64,000 bases of DNA, taken from the NCBI GenBank assembly GCA_017477845.1, contig JAFUTR010000017.1:64447-128446 (forward strand), read 5' to 3'. Below, one piece after another: positions 1-8,898 of this stretch; position 1 is the first letter of the stretch; the number at the start of each line of letters is the position of its first letter. Below the pieces are notes generated by a model, which did not search any database, was not told the origin of the DNA, and was given only the letters and a program-made list of their open reading frames with translations. A program made the translations under genes and the position numbers. The DNA comes from Bacilli bacterium (lineage in GTDB: Bacteria > Bacillota_I > Bacilli_A > RF39 > UBA660).

Positions 1-217
1 CTTTTACCGTAATTGAATTGTCTTTATTAATAACTACTTCTATGTTATTACAAAAACCTGCTAAAGCTTCATCTATTGAGTTATCTACTATTTCCCAAAC
101 TAAATGATGTAGCCCTTTTACATCTGTTGTACCTATGTACATTCCTGGTCTTTTTCTTACTGCTTCAAGTCCTTCTAATACTTGAATAGAAGACGAATCA
201 TAGTTTTCATTTTCCAT
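1..217 (-). CDS. gyrB: DNA gyrase subunit B, N-terminal fragment (gene continues past window start)
   Basis: Not in the ORF track because it runs off the edge. Minus-strand ATG at 217 is preceded by GGTGGGA. Translation [51 protein letters not shown] is the canonical GyrB N-terminus. It follows recF as in dnaA-dnaN-recF-gyrB synteny. Confidence 0.9.
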   Translation of the reverse strand, partial: MENENYDSSSIQVLEGLEAVRKRPGMYIGTTDVKGLHHLVWEIVDNSIDEALAGFCNNIEVVINKDNSITVK

Positions 218-1334
218 TGTTATTTCCCACCTTTTCTACTATTTTTCCATTTACTACTTTGTATATCTTAGCAGATTCTAAAAAACTTCTATTAATACCT
301 CTTGTATCATTTGAAGTAATAATCACTTGAATATCATTTGGAATATAATTTATTAATTTATTCCTTGTTTTGGAATCTAATTCACTAAAAATATCATCTA
401 ATAAAATTATAGGATTTGTACCAGTTAACTCTTTAAATATTGCTATTTCAGCAAGTTTTAAAGATATTATTGCCACTTTTTGTTGACCCTGTGAACCAAA
501 AATTTTAATGTCATCATTATTTATAAAAAACTTTAAATCATCTCGATGTGGTCCATATAAGGTCATTCCATTATCTATTTCTTTTTGCAGTGAATTATTA
601 TATTTTTTTTCTAATATTTCTTTTAGTGAGTCCGTATCAAAATTTTCAAATTCAATATTTGTTTCATATTTAATATTAAATTTTTTTATACCAAGTATAT
701 CTTCATAAATTTTAGATATACTTTCATTAATCATATCAATGAATTTTTTCCTTTCTTGATAAATATCTATCTCTCTATCAATTAAATTTTCTGTTAAACT
801 ATCTAAATATCTTCTATCTGGAGATGAAGAATTATATAACATTTTAAGGTAGTTGTTCCTTATTTTTAATATTTTATTAAATTCATTGTATTTTTTTATG
901 TAATTCTTTGATAGTTGGCTTAATTCGATATTCAAAAAATTTCTTCGTTCTGCTGGTGTACCTTGAAGAATATTTATATCTTCAGGTGATACTAATATTA
1001 CATTTAGGTTAGTTATATAATCTGATATTTTTTTAATTTCATTATTATTGATTCTTACTATTTTATTCTCATTTACTATTTCAACAGATAAACTTTTAGA
1101 AATACTTGTATCTTTGATTTCTCCCTTTACTTTTGTAAATTCTTCATCTTTGTTTATCAAATTATAATCATTTGTCCTATAAGACTTGGTAAGTGCTAAA
1201 AAATATATACTTTCTAGTATATTAGTCTTACCTTGAGCATTATCTCCTATAAAAATATTTATTCTTTTGTCAAAAATAATTTGTTGTTTAACTAAATTTC
1301 TAAAATTAACTAAATTTATTTTTCTTATAATCAA
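207..1334 (-). CDS. recF: DNA replication and repair protein RecF
   Basis: 375 aa. N-terminus [13 protein letters not shown] with Walker [10 protein letters not shown]. The position matches expected synteny. The start is TTG at 1334, and an out-of-frame ATG with a strong SD lies at 1356 (see findings). Confidence 0.9.
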   Translation of the reverse strand: MIIRKINLVNFRNLVKQQIIFDKRINIFIGDNAQGKTNILESIYFLALTKSYRTNDYNLINKDEEFTKVKGEIKDTSISKSLSVEIVNENKIVRINNNEIKKISDYITNLNVILVSPEDINILQGTPAERRNFLNIELSQLSKNYIKKYNEFNKILKIRNNYLKMLYNSSSPDRRYLDSLTENLIDREIDIYQERKKFIDMINESISKIYEDILGIKKFNIKYETNIEFENFDTDSLKEILEKKYNNSLQKEIDNGMTLYGPHRDDLKFFINNDDIKIFGSQGQQKVAIISLKLAEIAIFKELTGTNPIILLDDIFSELDSKTRNKLINYIPNDIQVIITSNDTRGINRSFLESAKIYKVVNGKIVEKVGNNNGK

Positions 1335-1400
1335 TTTTTTTCTTAAAAATGCTCATATTCTCACCTTAACCCATATTGGTATTCCTATACACACAATATC

Positions 1401-1411
1401 ATTATATCACA
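1401..1411 (-). promoter_or_regulatory. Extended -10 element (TGTGATATAAT on minus strand) upstream of recF
   Basis: Plus-strand ATTATATCACA at 1401-1411 is the reverse complement of TGTGATATAAT. It lies between the comK-like terminator and the recF start. No good -35 was seen. Confidence 0.4.
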
Positions 1412-1431
1412 AAATAAGCCTAAAAACAAAG

Positions 1432-1458
1432 AAAAAAGGGAATTAATCCCTTTTTTTT
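1432..1458 (-). terminator. Palindromic intrinsic terminator after the comK-like gene
   Basis: AAAAAAGGG-aattaat-CCCTTTTTTTT. The A/T runs on both sides mean it could act in either direction. Confidence 0.6.
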
Positions 1459-1901
1459 GAATAAATTCTTTTAAATAATATAGATTCTAATTTTGTTGAT
1501 CTATAAATTTGATTTTCTAAAGACAATTTTGATATATCAAATATCATTTTTTTCCCATTTTTAAAAGTAATTTCAGATTTATTATTTATTTTTCTTATGT
1601 TTTCAATACTATTTATATTAATCCAGCAACAATCTTTCAACAATGATGATTTAGTTGGAAAAAATACTAAAGCATTACTTTCTTCCACTATTATTGGCAA
1701 TTTATAGCTACAATTTAATAGTTGTTTTGCAGCATCTAATCTTCCTTTATAACTACTTCCATAATACATACAACTTTCATCCATCACTTCATATGCATTT
1801 TTTGATATTTCATATTCATTTTTTCTTTCAATTACTTTTGTTAATCCTGATTTTTTTGATATTATCGCATATGTGTCTTCATTAATTTCATAATTTTCCA
1901 T
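1443..1901 (-). CDS. comK: ComK-family competence transcription factor-like protein (short, 152 aa)
   Basis: Colinear with B. subtilis ComK as I recall it: DESCMYYGSSYKGR (vs DRSCRFFGSSYAGR), KLPIIVEESNALVFFPT (vs KPPIMVDPSNQIFLFPT), EITFKNGKKM (vs EVTFSNGKTM), LENQIYRS (vs FENQVYRT). AAGGGGGA SD before the ATG. Confidence 0.7.
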   Translation of the reverse strand: MENYEINEDTYAIISKKSGLTKVIERKNEYEISKNAYEVMDESCMYYGSSYKGRLDAAKQLLNCSYKLPIIVEESNALVFFPTKSSLLKDCCWININSIENIRKINNKSEITFKNGKKMIFDISKLSLENQIYRSTKLESILFKRIYSKKRD

Positions 1902-1981
1902 ATATATCCCCCTTGAATGAGATATATACTAACCTATTATTTTGTCATATTTTGTTGAAATATGTCGATTATAATATTTTT

Positions 1982-3112
1982 TTAATATGTTCTTATTGGC
2001 ACAACTAATTGAAGAAGTCCATCATCTACATTATTTTTTATTACAATTGGTTTTACTTCTCCTACAAAAGACATTTCTATTTCAGCAGTATTTAATGCAT
2101 TTAAAGCTTCCATCATGTATTTTGCACTGAAAGCTATTGTTATTTCTTCATCATTATTCTTTTCTATATTCATTTTCATTTCTGCTTTTCCTTTTTCATT
2201 AGATACTGATTTAACAGTTAATAAATCATTTTTTGTTGATAAAGAAACAATATTTTTCTCTTTGTCAGTTGTTAAAATGCTCGCTTGCTCTATAACATTA
2301 TATAATTGTGATAATTTTGCTTTAATTGTTAATGAGAATTCTTCTGGAATTGATTTAGATGTTGGTGGATAATTTCCATTTATTAATCTAGATTGGAATA
2401 ATAAGTTTTCATTTTCAAATAGTATTTTGTTATTAAAAATGTGTAATTTTACTTCATTATCGTTATTATCTATTATTTTTGAAAATTCAATTATATTTTT
2501 CCCTGGAATTATAATGTTATAACTTTCTTCCACAGGTTTTGTTAATCTTAAATTCTTTTTAGCTAATCTATATGAGTCTGTTGCAACACATTCTAATAAA
2601 TCTCCATTTATTTTAAAACTTATTCCAGTTAAGACTGGACGTGATTCATCATTTGAAGTAGCAAAAGCTGTTTCTCTTACAATATTTTGAAGATCACTTG
2701 CTGAAATTGTAACAAAATTCTCACTTCTTTCTAAGTTTACATTTGGATAATCATTTTTATTAATTACATTTAAATCATATTTTATTTTTTCATCATCTGT
2801 ATATATAAGAACTTTAGCTTCATCAAATACTTCTATATTTATTTCTTCTTCAGGAATAACTCTAACTATATCTAAGATATCTTTTCCTTGTAATATTACT
2901 ATTCCTTCTTTTTCAATATTCATATTTTCTTTGTCTATTTCTATAAATTTTTCAATAGTTATATCATTATTAGATGCAGTTAAGGTTAAACCTTTCTTTG
3001 TTAGGTCAAATTTTATTCCAGCTAATGTTGGAATAAGATTTTTAGTTGATATTGCCTTTGATACTTTATTTAAATTTTCTAATAATAAATCTTTTTTAAT
3101 TTTTAATTTCAT
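1982..3112 (-). CDS. dnaN: DNA polymerase III subunit beta (sliding clamp)
   Basis: 376 aa. Typical DnaN N-terminus MKLKIKKDLLLENLNKVSKAIS and C-terminus LVVPIRTY. Lies immediately downstream of dnaA. Confidence 0.95.
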   Translation of the reverse strand: MKLKIKKDLLLENLNKVSKAISTKNLIPTLAGIKFDLTKKGLTLTASNNDITIEKFIEIDKENMNIEKEGIVILQGKDILDIVRVIPEEEINIEVFDEAKVLIYTDDEKIKYDLNVINKNDYPNVNLERSENFVTISASDLQNIVRETAFATSNDESRPVLTGISFKINGDLLECVATDSYRLAKKNLRLTKPVEESYNIIIPGKNIIEFSKIIDNNDNEVKLHIFNNKILFENENLLFQSRLINGNYPPTSKSIPEEFSLTIKAKLSQLYNVIEQASILTTDKEKNIVSLSTKNDLLTVKSVSNEKGKAEMKMNIEKNNDEEITIAFSAKYMMEALNALNTAEIEMSFVGEVKPIVIKNNVDDGLLQLVVPIRTY

Positions 3113-3133
3113 TTTTATTTCCTTCTTTCTTTT

Positions 3134-3234
3134 AGATATTATTTATATTATTATAGTGGATATTGTTGATAATTAATATTTTGCTTTATTTTTATGGATT
3201 TTAACTATATTTTTATTAACAATCCTGTGAATAA
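3134..3234. promoter_or_regulatory. oriC part 2: dnaA-dnaN spacer with DnaA boxes and an AT-only tract (putative unwinding region)
   Basis: Two abutting boxes AGTGGATAT (3155-3163, 2 mismatches) and TGTTGATAA (3164-3172, 1 mismatch to TGTGGATAA). A third box TGTGAATAA at 3226-3234 has 1 mismatch. The flanking tract 3134-3154 contains only A/T plus one G. Confidence 0.6.
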
Positions 3235-3238
3235 GATG

Positions 3239-4612
3239 TTAATTGTGTATGTCTTTTTCAAGTTTATCAATTTCATTTGCTAAACTTTTGTTATTTTTAA
3301 TTTCTTGTTCTATTTTTTCACATGAATGCATTACCGTAGAATGATCTTTTCCACCAAATTCTATTCCAATTTTTGGGAAAGATTCATCTGTGTGTTTTCT
3401 ACATAGATACATTGCAATTTGTCTTGGAAATGCGATGTCCGCGTTTCTTTTCTTTGATTTTAAGTCTTCAATTGATATTTTAAAATAGTCTGCAACTATT
3501 TTTTGTATTCTACTTACATCATTTTTTTCACTAAAGCCTGCATTAATGTAGTCTTTTAATGCTTCAATCGCTAAATCAAGATCTATTTCTCTTCCCATCA
3601 TCGTTGAATATGCTACTAACCTATTAACGCTTCCTTCTAGTTGTCTTATATCTGTTCCTAAGTTTGAGGCCATATACTCTATTACTTGTTCAGGTATTTC
3701 TTTGTTAATGGCTTCCCCTATTATTTTTTTCTTAAGTATTTGAACTTTTAATTCAAAGTCAGGTGGATATATATTAACAGGAAGTCCCCAATTGAATCTA
3801 GTTCTTAATCTATCTTCAAATATTTTTAAATCATTTGGTGATCTATCTGATGAAATTATAATTTGTTTTTCATCTCCATACAAATTGTTAAAAGTATGAA
3901 AAAATTCTTTTTGTGATTCTGTTTTTTTTGCAAGAAATTGGATATCATCGACTATTAATACATCTATTTCTCGATATTTTTTCTTAAAAAAGTCAATATT
4001 TTCAAAGTCACTTTTATTTTCTTTTTTTCTTGTTATTTCTATAAATTCGTTAACAAATGTATCACTTGTAATATATAGTACTCTTTTATTACTATGTGAT
4101 TCTATATAATTTCCTATGGCATACATTAAATGAGTCTTCCCTAGTCCACTATTTCCATATATAAATAATGGGTTATACATTTTTCCTGGGTTTTCTGCTA
4201 CTGCAAGAGCTGCAGCATGTGCAAATTTATTACTATTCCCTACTATAAAATTATCAAATGTATATTTTTTATTTAAATTTGACTCAAAATTATTGTTTTC
4301 TATTTCTTTATATATATTTTCTTCTATGTTTATTTCTGGAGTTTCTGGTATTTCCTCCTCTATTTCTTCTTGTATTAAAAATTCAAGTTCAACTGTTTCT
4401 CCAGTTTGTTCAATAAAACATGCTGTTATTAATTTCTTGTAGTTGTTTGCTAAATGGTCTTTATGCAAGGCATATGGGACGATTATTTTAGCTACTCCGT
4501 TTTTTAATTCATACAGTTCAGTTTCTTCGAACCAAGTCTGAAAAGAAAGAGAATTGATTTCACTCTTGATCTTTTCTAGGATCTTTGACCATAAGATAGA
4601 ATTGTTATTCAT
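3239..4612 (-). CDS. dnaA: Chromosomal replication initiator protein DnaA
   Basis: 457 aa. Walker A GNSGLGKTHL, box VII/sensor region, and a C-terminal DNA-binding helix (DHSTVMH). AGGGGGA SD. Confidence 0.97.
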   Translation of the reverse strand: MNNNSILWSKILEKIKSEINSLSFQTWFEETELYELKNGVAKIIVPYALHKDHLANNYKKLITACFIEQTGETVELEFLIQEEIEEEIPETPEINIEENIYKEIENNNFESNLNKKYTFDNFIVGNSNKFAHAAALAVAENPGKMYNPLFIYGNSGLGKTHLMYAIGNYIESHSNKRVLYITSDTFVNEFIEITRKKENKSDFENIDFFKKKYREIDVLIVDDIQFLAKKTESQKEFFHTFNNLYGDEKQIIISSDRSPNDLKIFEDRLRTRFNWGLPVNIYPPDFELKVQILKKKIIGEAINKEIPEQVIEYMASNLGTDIRQLEGSVNRLVAYSTMMGREIDLDLAIEALKDYINAGFSEKNDVSRIQKIVADYFKISIEDLKSKKRNADIAFPRQIAMYLCRKHTDESFPKIGIEFGGKDHSTVMHSCEKIEQEIKNNKSLANEIDKLEKDIHN

Positions 4613-4718
4613 TACTTATCAATCCCCCTGCCTAATTACAACAATTATTGTAGACCAAATGGGGAAAAAAGAAAAGAGAAAATGATTAAAAAAAATTATC
4701 AACTTATTATTAACAAAG

Positions 4719-4852
4719 TTTTCCATAATTAAAACCTTTATTTTAAAAAGAATATTTGAATTTTCCACATTTTCCACATTTTTTTTCTAACAATTTGTGT
4801 TTAAGTTTTAAACAAGTATGTTAATTATGTTGATATCTTTTAATTATCCACA
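4719..4852. promoter_or_regulatory. oriC part 1: DnaA-box cluster upstream of dnaA
   Basis: All boxes are in the same orientation. TTTTCCATA at 4719-4727, a head-to-tail tandem TTTTCCACA at 4761-4769 and 4770-4778, and a perfect consensus TTATCCACA at 4844-4852. Confidence 0.8.
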
Positions 4853-4859
4853 GTACTTG

Positions 4860-4887
4860 TTGAAAAGTATTTAAATAATGGTATAAT
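4860..4887 (+). promoter_or_regulatory. Sigma-A type promoter of the LRR gene
   Basis: TTGAAA (4860-4865), a 16-nt spacer, then extended -10 TGgTATAAT (4879-4887). It starts 8 bp after the perfect DnaA box. Confidence 0.6.
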
Positions 4888-4905
4888 AAGCGTCGGAGAT
4901 TTTTT

Positions 4906-6567
4906 ATGAATGATTTAATACTAATTAAAAAGAAATATGGTGAAGAAATGATGCATTTATGTAGAGAATTATTTCCAACTATTTTAATAAATGATGGAGC
5001 TTTGTTTGAAATTTTGTCTAATAATTTTGCTTTTTCTCATATTTTGGCCTCTGATATTAAAAAGTATAGTAAGGAAAATGACTTTTCTCATTATATTAAT
5101 TATTTGTATTATAAAGTTGCAAAAAATGAAGATAATTATTTTGATTTTGTAACAAAATCTCCTAAAGAATTATTAAAATCTTGTAAATATACATTATTTG
5201 AATGTTTAAGTAATGAAGATATTCAAAAATTTCGTAAATATTATAAAGAAGATGAAGAATTGTGTACATTTAGGGAGAATAGGATTAAAAAATGTTATGT
5301 ATTTTTTGCTGTAAAAGAAAATGCAGATTTATTAAATAGACTTGATTTTACTAATCCTCAAAGGGATGATGAATATGGTACAAGTGTTATTAGTATTCAA
5401 TTTACTAAGGGTGATGTTAATATTATTTCTATCAAAAATAGATATAATCATGCAGTGGATAATTGTGATGCTACATTTGATAATAATTTGGATAATATAG
5501 TTCCTGGTTTAACAAAATCATTTGAAAAATTTTATAATTTGAATATAAAACAAGTTAACGATTCTTTTACTTTATTGAATTATGTAAAGGCTTGTGACAG
5601 TAAGATGTATGCTTATAACTATTTTTATAGAGATATTTATTATTGTCCTAATAATATATGTATAAAAAAGGGAAATCCTATAGTATTAGATAAATCAAGA
5701 TACATTGTCTTTGATAATTATATATTAGATTTAAAAGAGAAAAAAATAATAGGAAATGATTCTTTTACATCTTTAAATCAGATTAATAGTAATGAAAAAA
5801 TATCTATTATAAATGAAAAAAATAATAATATAATTATGAAAACTATTAAAATAGGTGAGGATATCGTTATAAAATTGGATGATCATAATAGAATGATATG
5901 TTACTCTAATGAGAGAGATATTGATGTGATTCCAAATGATTTTTTATCAAATAATATTTATTTAAAAGAATTAAATATTCCTAAAGTAAAGAAAATTGGA
6001 GGGAATTTTTTAAATAGTAACTTATTTTTAGAGAAAATTAATATAAAAAATATAGAGGAAATTGGTGATTGGTCACTTTCTCATAATAGATATTTAGAAG
6101 AATTAGAATTGCCTAAAATTAAAAAAATTCCATTTTTCTTTTTAAATAATAATAAAAAATTATATTCTTTAAAATTAGATAGTGTTAAAGTAATAGATGA
6201 TTATGTACTAGTTTCTAATGAAGATTTAAAAAAATTTTATGCTCCTAATTTAGAAGATATTGGTATTTATTTTCTTGAGTCAAATAATTTAATCAAAAGG
6301 TTAAATTTGCCTAAAGTAAGAATAATAGGTGATTCATTTTTAAGTATGAATAAGTCTTTAGAGGTAGCTGATTTGCCATATTTAGAAGAAGTAGGAAATG
6401 ATTTTTTACATAATAATGAAGATATGTGTTTTATAAATGCTCCAAAGGTAAGAAAAATAGGTAGAAATGTTTTAAACAAAAATTTAAATATGTTACAAAA
6501 TTTATATTATATAAAGGATAATAATATTGAAAATGAAAAGGAGAGAAGATTAATTCTAAAACTTTAA
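4906..6567 (+). CDS. Cytoplasmic leucine-rich-repeat (BspA/LRR_5-like) protein with an unrecognised 340-aa N-terminal domain
   Basis: 553 aa with a GGAGA SD and no signal peptide or TM segment. The C-terminal third consists of 22-aa repeats. No motif was recognised in the N-terminal region. Confidence 0.85.
   Translation: MNDLILIKKKYGEEMMHLCRELFPTILINDGALFEILSNNFAFSHILASDIKKYSKENDFSHYINYLYYKVAKNEDNYFDFVTKSPKELLKSCKYTLFECLSNEDIQKFRKYYKEDEELCTFRENRIKKCYVFFAVKENADLLNRLDFTNPQRDDEYGTSVISIQFTKGDVNIISIKNRYNHAVDNCDATFDNNLDNIVPGLTKSFEKFYNLNIKQVNDSFTLLNYVKACDSKMYAYNYFYRDIYYCPNNICIKKGNPIVLDKSRYIVFDNYILDLKEKKIIGNDSFTSLNQINSNEKISIINEKNNNIIMKTIKIGEDIVIKLDDHNRMICYSNERDIDVIPNDFLSNNIYLKELNIPKVKKIGGNFLNSNLFLEKINIKNIEEIGDWSLSHNRYLEELELPKIKKIPFFFLNNNKKLYSLKLDSVKVIDDYVLVSNEDLKKFYAPNLEDIGIYFLESNNLIKRLNLPKVRIIGDSFLSMNKSLEVADLPYLEEVGNDFLHNNEDMCFINAPKVRKIGRNVLNKNLNMLQNLYYIKDNNIENEKERRLILKL
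5929..6495 (+). repeat. About 8.5 tandem 66-nt (22-aa) LRR units inside the CDS
   Basis: Units IPNDFLSNNIYLKELNIPKVKK / IGGNFLNSNLFLEKINIKNIEE / IGDWSLSHNRYLEELELPKIKK / ... / IGDSFLSMNKSLEVADLPYLEE / VGNDFLHNNEDMCFINAPKVRK. The period is exactly 22 aa. Confidence 0.8.
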
Positions 6568-6674
6568 TATTTATGTAATACATAATGATAGTAGTGATAT
6601 TATATTTTTATAGAGATATTAATATGTATAAAAGAATTTATTGATTTCTTTTAAATTTAATGTTATTATTTTAA

Positions 6675-6703
6675 TTGACATTTGAGAAAATCCTTATTAT
6701 AAT
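6675..6703 (+). promoter_or_regulatory. Consensus sigma-A promoter of rpmH
   Basis: TTGACA (6675-6680), a 17-nt spacer, then TATAAT (6698-6703). Both hexamers are perfect. Confidence 0.75.
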
Positions 6704-6732
6704 AAGGTCGATTTTAGTTTGGAGGTGGAATT

Positions 6733-6852
6733 GTGAAAAGAACTTATCAACCAAATAATAGAAAAAAAGCTAAAAAACATGGATTCTTTGCTCGTAAAAA
6801 GACAAATGTTTTAAATAAAAGAAGAAGTAAAGGTCGTAAAAAATTAGTTTAG
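6733..6852 (+). CDS. rpmH: 50S ribosomal protein L34
   Basis: Missing from the ORF track because it is only 39 aa. GTG start 6 nt after GGAGGTGG. Translation (M)[38 protein letters not shown] carries the L34 signature KRTYQP..RK..K.HGF. Confidence 0.9.
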   Translation: MKRTYQPNNRKKAKKHGFFARKKTNVLNKRRSKGRKKLV

Positions 6853-6856
6853 AATT

Positions 6857-6879
6857 CCACTGTAATCAGTGGTTTTTTT
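6857..6879 (+). terminator. Intrinsic terminator or attenuator between rpmH and rnpA
   Basis: CCACTG-taat-CAGTGG followed by T7. Confidence 0.6.
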
Positions 6880-6929
6880 GTTTTATAAAACTTTCTTATT
6901 ATGATATAATGGGTTTATAGATTTTTGAG

Positions 6930-7295
6930 GTGACTTGTGTGGATAAATTACATACCGTAAAAAAAAGTAGAGATTTTTCTTTAATTATTCATAATTCAAT
7001 TTTTGTAAAAAATAGAAGTTATATTATATATAATAAGGATAATGGTTTATGTCATTATAGGTTTGGTATTTCTGTTAGTAAGAAACTTGGAAATGCGGTT
7101 TATAGGAATAAATATAAAAGACAATTAAGATTTATAATTGATAAATATAAAAAAAACTACCAAAATGGAACTGATTATATTATAATAATTAGGAACGGGT
7201 ATATAGATTTAGATTTTGAGTCTAAAGAAAAAGATTTTATCTATTTAATTGAAAAATTAAAAAAACAAAAGGAGATTTTTAATGAAAAAAAATAA
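6930..7295 (+). CDS. rnpA: Ribonuclease P protein component
   Basis: Basic protein of about 120 aa with the RNR-like motif AVYRNKYKRQLR. Lies after rpmH. The true start is probably GTG at 6939, 8 nt after GAGG. Confidence 0.85.
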   Translation: MTCVDKLHTVKKSRDFSLIIHNSIFVKNRSYIIYNKDNGLCHYRFGISVSKKLGNAVYRNKYKRQLRFIIDKYKKNYQNGTDYIIIIRNGYIDLDFESKEKDFIYLIEKLKKQKEIFNEKK

Positions 7296-8202
7296 TTTAA
7301 GAAAATTGATTTTGCTTGTTTTTTCTGTCTTTTTACTATCTGGTTGTGCTACTGCATTAAAGGATTCAGATAACAAAGTAGTTAAAAATACAAAAACTGG
7401 GCAACAACTATATGAAAATATTTTATGTCAACCTGAAAATGAAGAAATTAGAACTTTGTATGAAGAAAATAATGTGGATGTGAATGGATTACCAAAGTGT
7501 AAGAATTTCTCAATTGGTAGTGGAGGATATGAAGGTCTTTGGACTAGTGTAATAATTAAACCACTTGCCTGGGTTATTATTCAATTTGGAAATATTTTAA
7601 GTAATTATGGTTTGGGGCTTATAATTACAAGTTTACTTATAAGATTAATTGCTTTTCCACTTAGTAAAAAAACAGCAATGCAAAGTGAACTTATGAATGA
7701 TGCTAAACCTAAATTAGATAGATTAGAAAAGAAATATGAAGGAAAAACTGATCAAGAATCATTGATGAAGAAACAACAAGAAATGTTAATGATTTATAAA
7801 GAGTATAATATTAATCCAATTTCTGGTTGTATATTTGCATTAATTCAAATTCCATTATTTATTGGGTTCTTGGAAGCAATTAATAGAGTTCCAGCTATAT
7901 TTGAAGAAAGTTTGTTAGGATTTCAACTTGGAACAACTCCAATGACAGGATTAACTGGAGGAAATTATTTATATATTCTTCTTACTATTATAGTTGGAGT
8001 TTCAACATTCTTTTCACTTAAACTTAATTCATCATCAAATCCAAATAATGAACAGATGAAGATGATGAGTAGGATTATGTTGATTGTAATTTTATTTACA
8101 TCATTATTTATGACTTCAGCACTTAATATTTATTGGATAACTACAAACTTGTTCACAGTAGTGCAGAACTTGCTTGTTAAAAGAAAGAAAGAGAGAATTT
8201 AG
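7282..8202 (+). CDS. yidC: Membrane protein insertase YidC/SpoIIIJ (lipoprotein type)
   Basis: 306 aa with lipobox LLSGC near the N-terminus and a 60-kDa inner-membrane insertase core (PLSKK..MQ...P). Sits in rnpA-yidC-jag synteny. Confidence 0.92.
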   Translation: MKKNNLRKLILLVFSVFLLSGCATALKDSDNKVVKNTKTGQQLYENILCQPENEEIRTLYEENNVDVNGLPKCKNFSIGSGGYEGLWTSVIIKPLAWVIIQFGNILSNYGLGLIITSLLIRLIAFPLSKKTAMQSELMNDAKPKLDRLEKKYEGKTDQESLMKKQQEMLMIYKEYNINPISGCIFALIQIPLFIGFLEAINRVPAIFEESLLGFQLGTTPMTGLTGGNYLYILLTIIVGVSTFFSLKLNSSSNPNNEQMKMMSRIMLIVILFTSLFMTSALNIYWITTNLFTVVQNLLVKRKKERI

Positions 8203-8204
8203 TT

Positions 8205-8816
8205 ATGGAGAAGTATGTATTTTCTGGAAAAACAGAAGAAGAAGCATTAGAAAATGCAATGAGTGAATTATCAGTAGAAAAAAATGATATTCTATATGAT
8301 GTAAAAGAACAAAAAGGTGGATTATTTAAAGGAAAGAAAATAGAATTAACTGTTACTAAGAAATCAGATATTAATAATTTTATAAAAGAGACAGTTTTAA
8401 AAATTGTTAATGATATGGGGTTTGATGTACAAATTGAGACAAAAGTAAGAGATGACATTTTGAATTTAACGATACATAGTGATAATAATAATTTACTAAT
8501 CGGTAGAGATGGTAAAAATATGAATGCATTGAGTGTTGTTGTTAAGCAAATAATTCAAAATGAATTGGGACAATTCTATAAATTTAATTTAGATGTTGGA
8601 GAATATAAGTTAAAGCAGCAGAAAAATTTAGAAAGAATGGCAAAAAGAGTTGCTAGGGAAGTAGCAAAGAGTAAAATTGAAGTTAAGCTTGATCCAATGA
8701 ATTCTTATGAAAGAAGAATAATTCACAACGTTTTAAATGATGATAAGTATGTTTATACAGAAAGTACTGGTGAAGAACCTAATAGATGTGTTGTAATAAA
8801 AATAAGAAATGATTAA
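8205..8816 (+). CDS. jag: Jag/KhpB RNA-binding protein (Jag_N, KH, R3H domains)
   Basis: 203 aa. R3H motif region SYERRIIHNVL. Lies directly after yidC. Confidence 0.88.
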   Translation: MEKYVFSGKTEEEALENAMSELSVEKNDILYDVKEQKGGLFKGKKIELTVTKKSDINNFIKETVLKIVNDMGFDVQIETKVRDDILNLTIHSDNNNLLIGRDGKNMNALSVVVKQIIQNELGQFYKFNLDVGEYKLKQQKNLERMAKRVAREVAKSKIEVKLDPMNSYERRIIHNVLNDDKYVYTESTGEEPNRCVVIKIRND

Positions 8817-8898
8817 TGATAAAAATCTTGCAATTAATAAAAAATTGTAGGATTTTTTTAATAATTATGATATAATTCACGTGTTTAGGGGTGATAAT

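Noticed and set aside
6568-6674. GATAGTAGTGAT-type trinucleotide pattern upstream of rpmH as DnaA-trios or a third oriC segment
   Set aside because: There are no adjacent DnaA boxes, and only two or three triplets are present. It is 1.7 kb from the box cluster because of the LRR gene, which is insufficient support.
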